From an archaeon (GTDB taxonomy: Archaea; AGJL01; Methanococci; Methanococcales; Methanocaldococcaceae): a DNA stretch of 31,298 nt. Made by a program: the position numbers and the translations under genes. Positions 29,936 through 31,298 of the stretch are shown here, in pieces; within the stretch, counting starts at the first letter, position 1, and each line of letters begins with the position of its first letter. The notes beneath the pieces were generated by a model. That model saw only the letters and a list, made by a program, of their open reading frames with translations. It did no database searches and was not told the origin of the DNA. Location of the stretch: contig JAJRSC010000028.1 in NCBI GenBank assembly GCA_024278985.1, positions 1-31,298 on the forward strand, written 5' to 3'.

Positions 29936-31298
29936 ATTTCTTTATAATGATTTTATCAGCTTTAATAATTACATTTCTAAGTTCTATTTTAATACCCTCT
30001 GGTAGTATATCTACAACCTTAACAATATCAGTTATAGACATCTCAGGTTTTTCTTTATCTTCTAATTTTTGAGGAGCTTGCTCTTCTTTTTGTTCCTCTA
30101 TTTTAGTTTCTTCTTCACTCCACAATTTAATAACTGGATGTCCTTTTTCTTTTAGGAATTTTTTTAGTTCTTCGGTGGTTTTTACATCTTCTTCAGTTGC
30201 TATTTTATCGTATAACTCTTTCGGTATTGCTTCTTTAACTCTCTCTTTCAATTCTTTCGGTAACCAAACGACTCTCTCCCAACCGCCATCTCCTTTTAAA
30301 AATTTCGGTGATTGCATATAACTTATTGATATTCCTACAAATCCTGGTACTTGTTTCCCTCCACTACATTGTCCCGCTATTGTTGAAAATGGTATCCCCA
30401 ACGGTGTTTCTCCTTTAAAATTCCTATGAACTATTCCAAAACCTTCAACTTCTGGAATATAAAATGCAACCGCTTCAAAGCATCCGCATGATGTACATGG
30501 ATTTGTTAATGCAGAATGTAATGCGACTTCTGTAAATGCTCCCTGACTTTTTTCAGCGACTACTTCATTAACACCACTATAAACACCAAGATTTTCATCT
30601 AAACATTCTCCTTTTTCAATTGGAAATATTGGCCCATGAGGATCTATTTTAGCAGCAGCTCTTGCATCAAGGTAATTTATTCCACCACATAATGCTGGTC
30701 TATCTGGAGTTATAACACAGACATGTGTAGGAGCAAAACTTTGACACATTATACATCCATAGAATTCATTAATATCCTCTTCTTTAATTGCTTTAGTTTT
30801 TTCATCTCTTTTTCTATATATTTCTCTCGCTTCTTTTAAACCTTCTTTAATCTTTTCAGGGTCGGTTATTATTGTTACTTGACATTTTTCTATAAATGGA
30901 AATTCTGCCTTAAATAACTCTTTAACAACTTCAGCGATATGCTTAAACCTTAACCCCTTGTTAAAGGCGTCTTTACTTACTCTAATCCAAATTTGGTCTC
31001 TTTGATTAAGATGCATAACTCCTTCAATATAGTTTAAAAACTCGTGTATTCTTCTCTCTAAAACACCCTCTAAGTCATCATCTAAATCTTTTCCAGAAAC
31101 TTTAACAACAATAGCGAAAGGATGACTTTTTCCTTCTTCTAATTCATCCAACTCTTTACCAACGATTTCAATTTTATCCTCTGCTTCACCAACTTTAACC
31201 AACTCAAACCCAAAACTTTTAGGACCAGCTAATTCTACATACATATCTGGCCTTCTAATTCTTTCTCCTTCATTCATTGGTCCTACTGATACGGGAAT
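29934..31298 (-). CDS. cdhC: Acetyl-CoA decarbonylase/synthase beta subunit (5' end outside the window)
   Basis: The frame is open to the window edge (IPVSVGPMNEGER). GCIMCQSFAPTHVC, ALCGG and PCTSCGCFE are A-cluster motifs. Confidence 0.95.
   Translation of the reverse strand: MPVSVGPMNEGERIRRPDMYVELAGPKSFGFELVKVGEAEDKIEIVGKELDELEEGKSHPFAIVVKVSGKDLDDDLEGVLERRIHEFLNYIEGVMHLNQRDQIWIRVSKDAFNKGLRFKHIAEVVKELFKAEFPFIEKCQVTIITDPEKIKEGLKEAREIYRKRDEKTKAIKEEDINEFYGCIMCQSFAPTHVCVITPDRPALCGGINYLDARAAAKIDPHGPIFPIEKGECLDENLGVYSGVNEVVAEKSQGAFTEVALHSALTNPCTSCGCFEAVAFYIPEVEGFGIVHRNFKGETPLGIPFSTIAGQCSGGKQVPGFVGISISYMQSPKFLKGDGGWERVVWLPKELKERVKEAIPKELYDKIATEEDVKTTEELKKFLKEKGHPVIKLWSEEETKIEEQKEEQAPQKLEDKEKPEMSITDIVKVVDILPEGIKIELRNVIIKADKIIIKK

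Noticed and set aside
31275-31277. ATG 31277 as the cdhC start
   Set aside because: The frame stays open with CdhC-like residues (IPVSVGP) to the window edge, so the start lies outside the window.

Overview
AT-rich, gene-dense archaeal chromosome segment. GGTGA ribosome-binding sites, mptN, hypC, cdhC and a selenocysteine selD with an archaeal SECIS point to Methanococcales, most like Methanocaldococcus. It is mostly housekeeping genes (guaA subunit A, isopentenyl phosphate kinase, coaBC, secG, mdh, valS, hemB, ABCE1/RLI, selD, cdhC). The ORF track misses secG (14135-14296), the true selD start with its in-frame UGA-Sec (28830), a box C/D sRNA overlapping the guaA stop, and the SECIS. The strongest unusual signal is a perfect 18-bp inverted repeat linking the sequence 10 nt after the selD Sec codon to the sequence at the selD stop codon. 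It could loop out about 955 nt and bring the 3'-UTR SECIS next to the UGA. Other notable items are a chemoreceptor with a C-terminal rhodanese domain, a pair of covarying hairpins right after it, three single-site interruptions in conserved genes (coaBC TAG, endonuclease IV-like TAA, mobA -1 frameshift), and a CpG-rich cdhC. All product calls come from motif recognition, not database searches.
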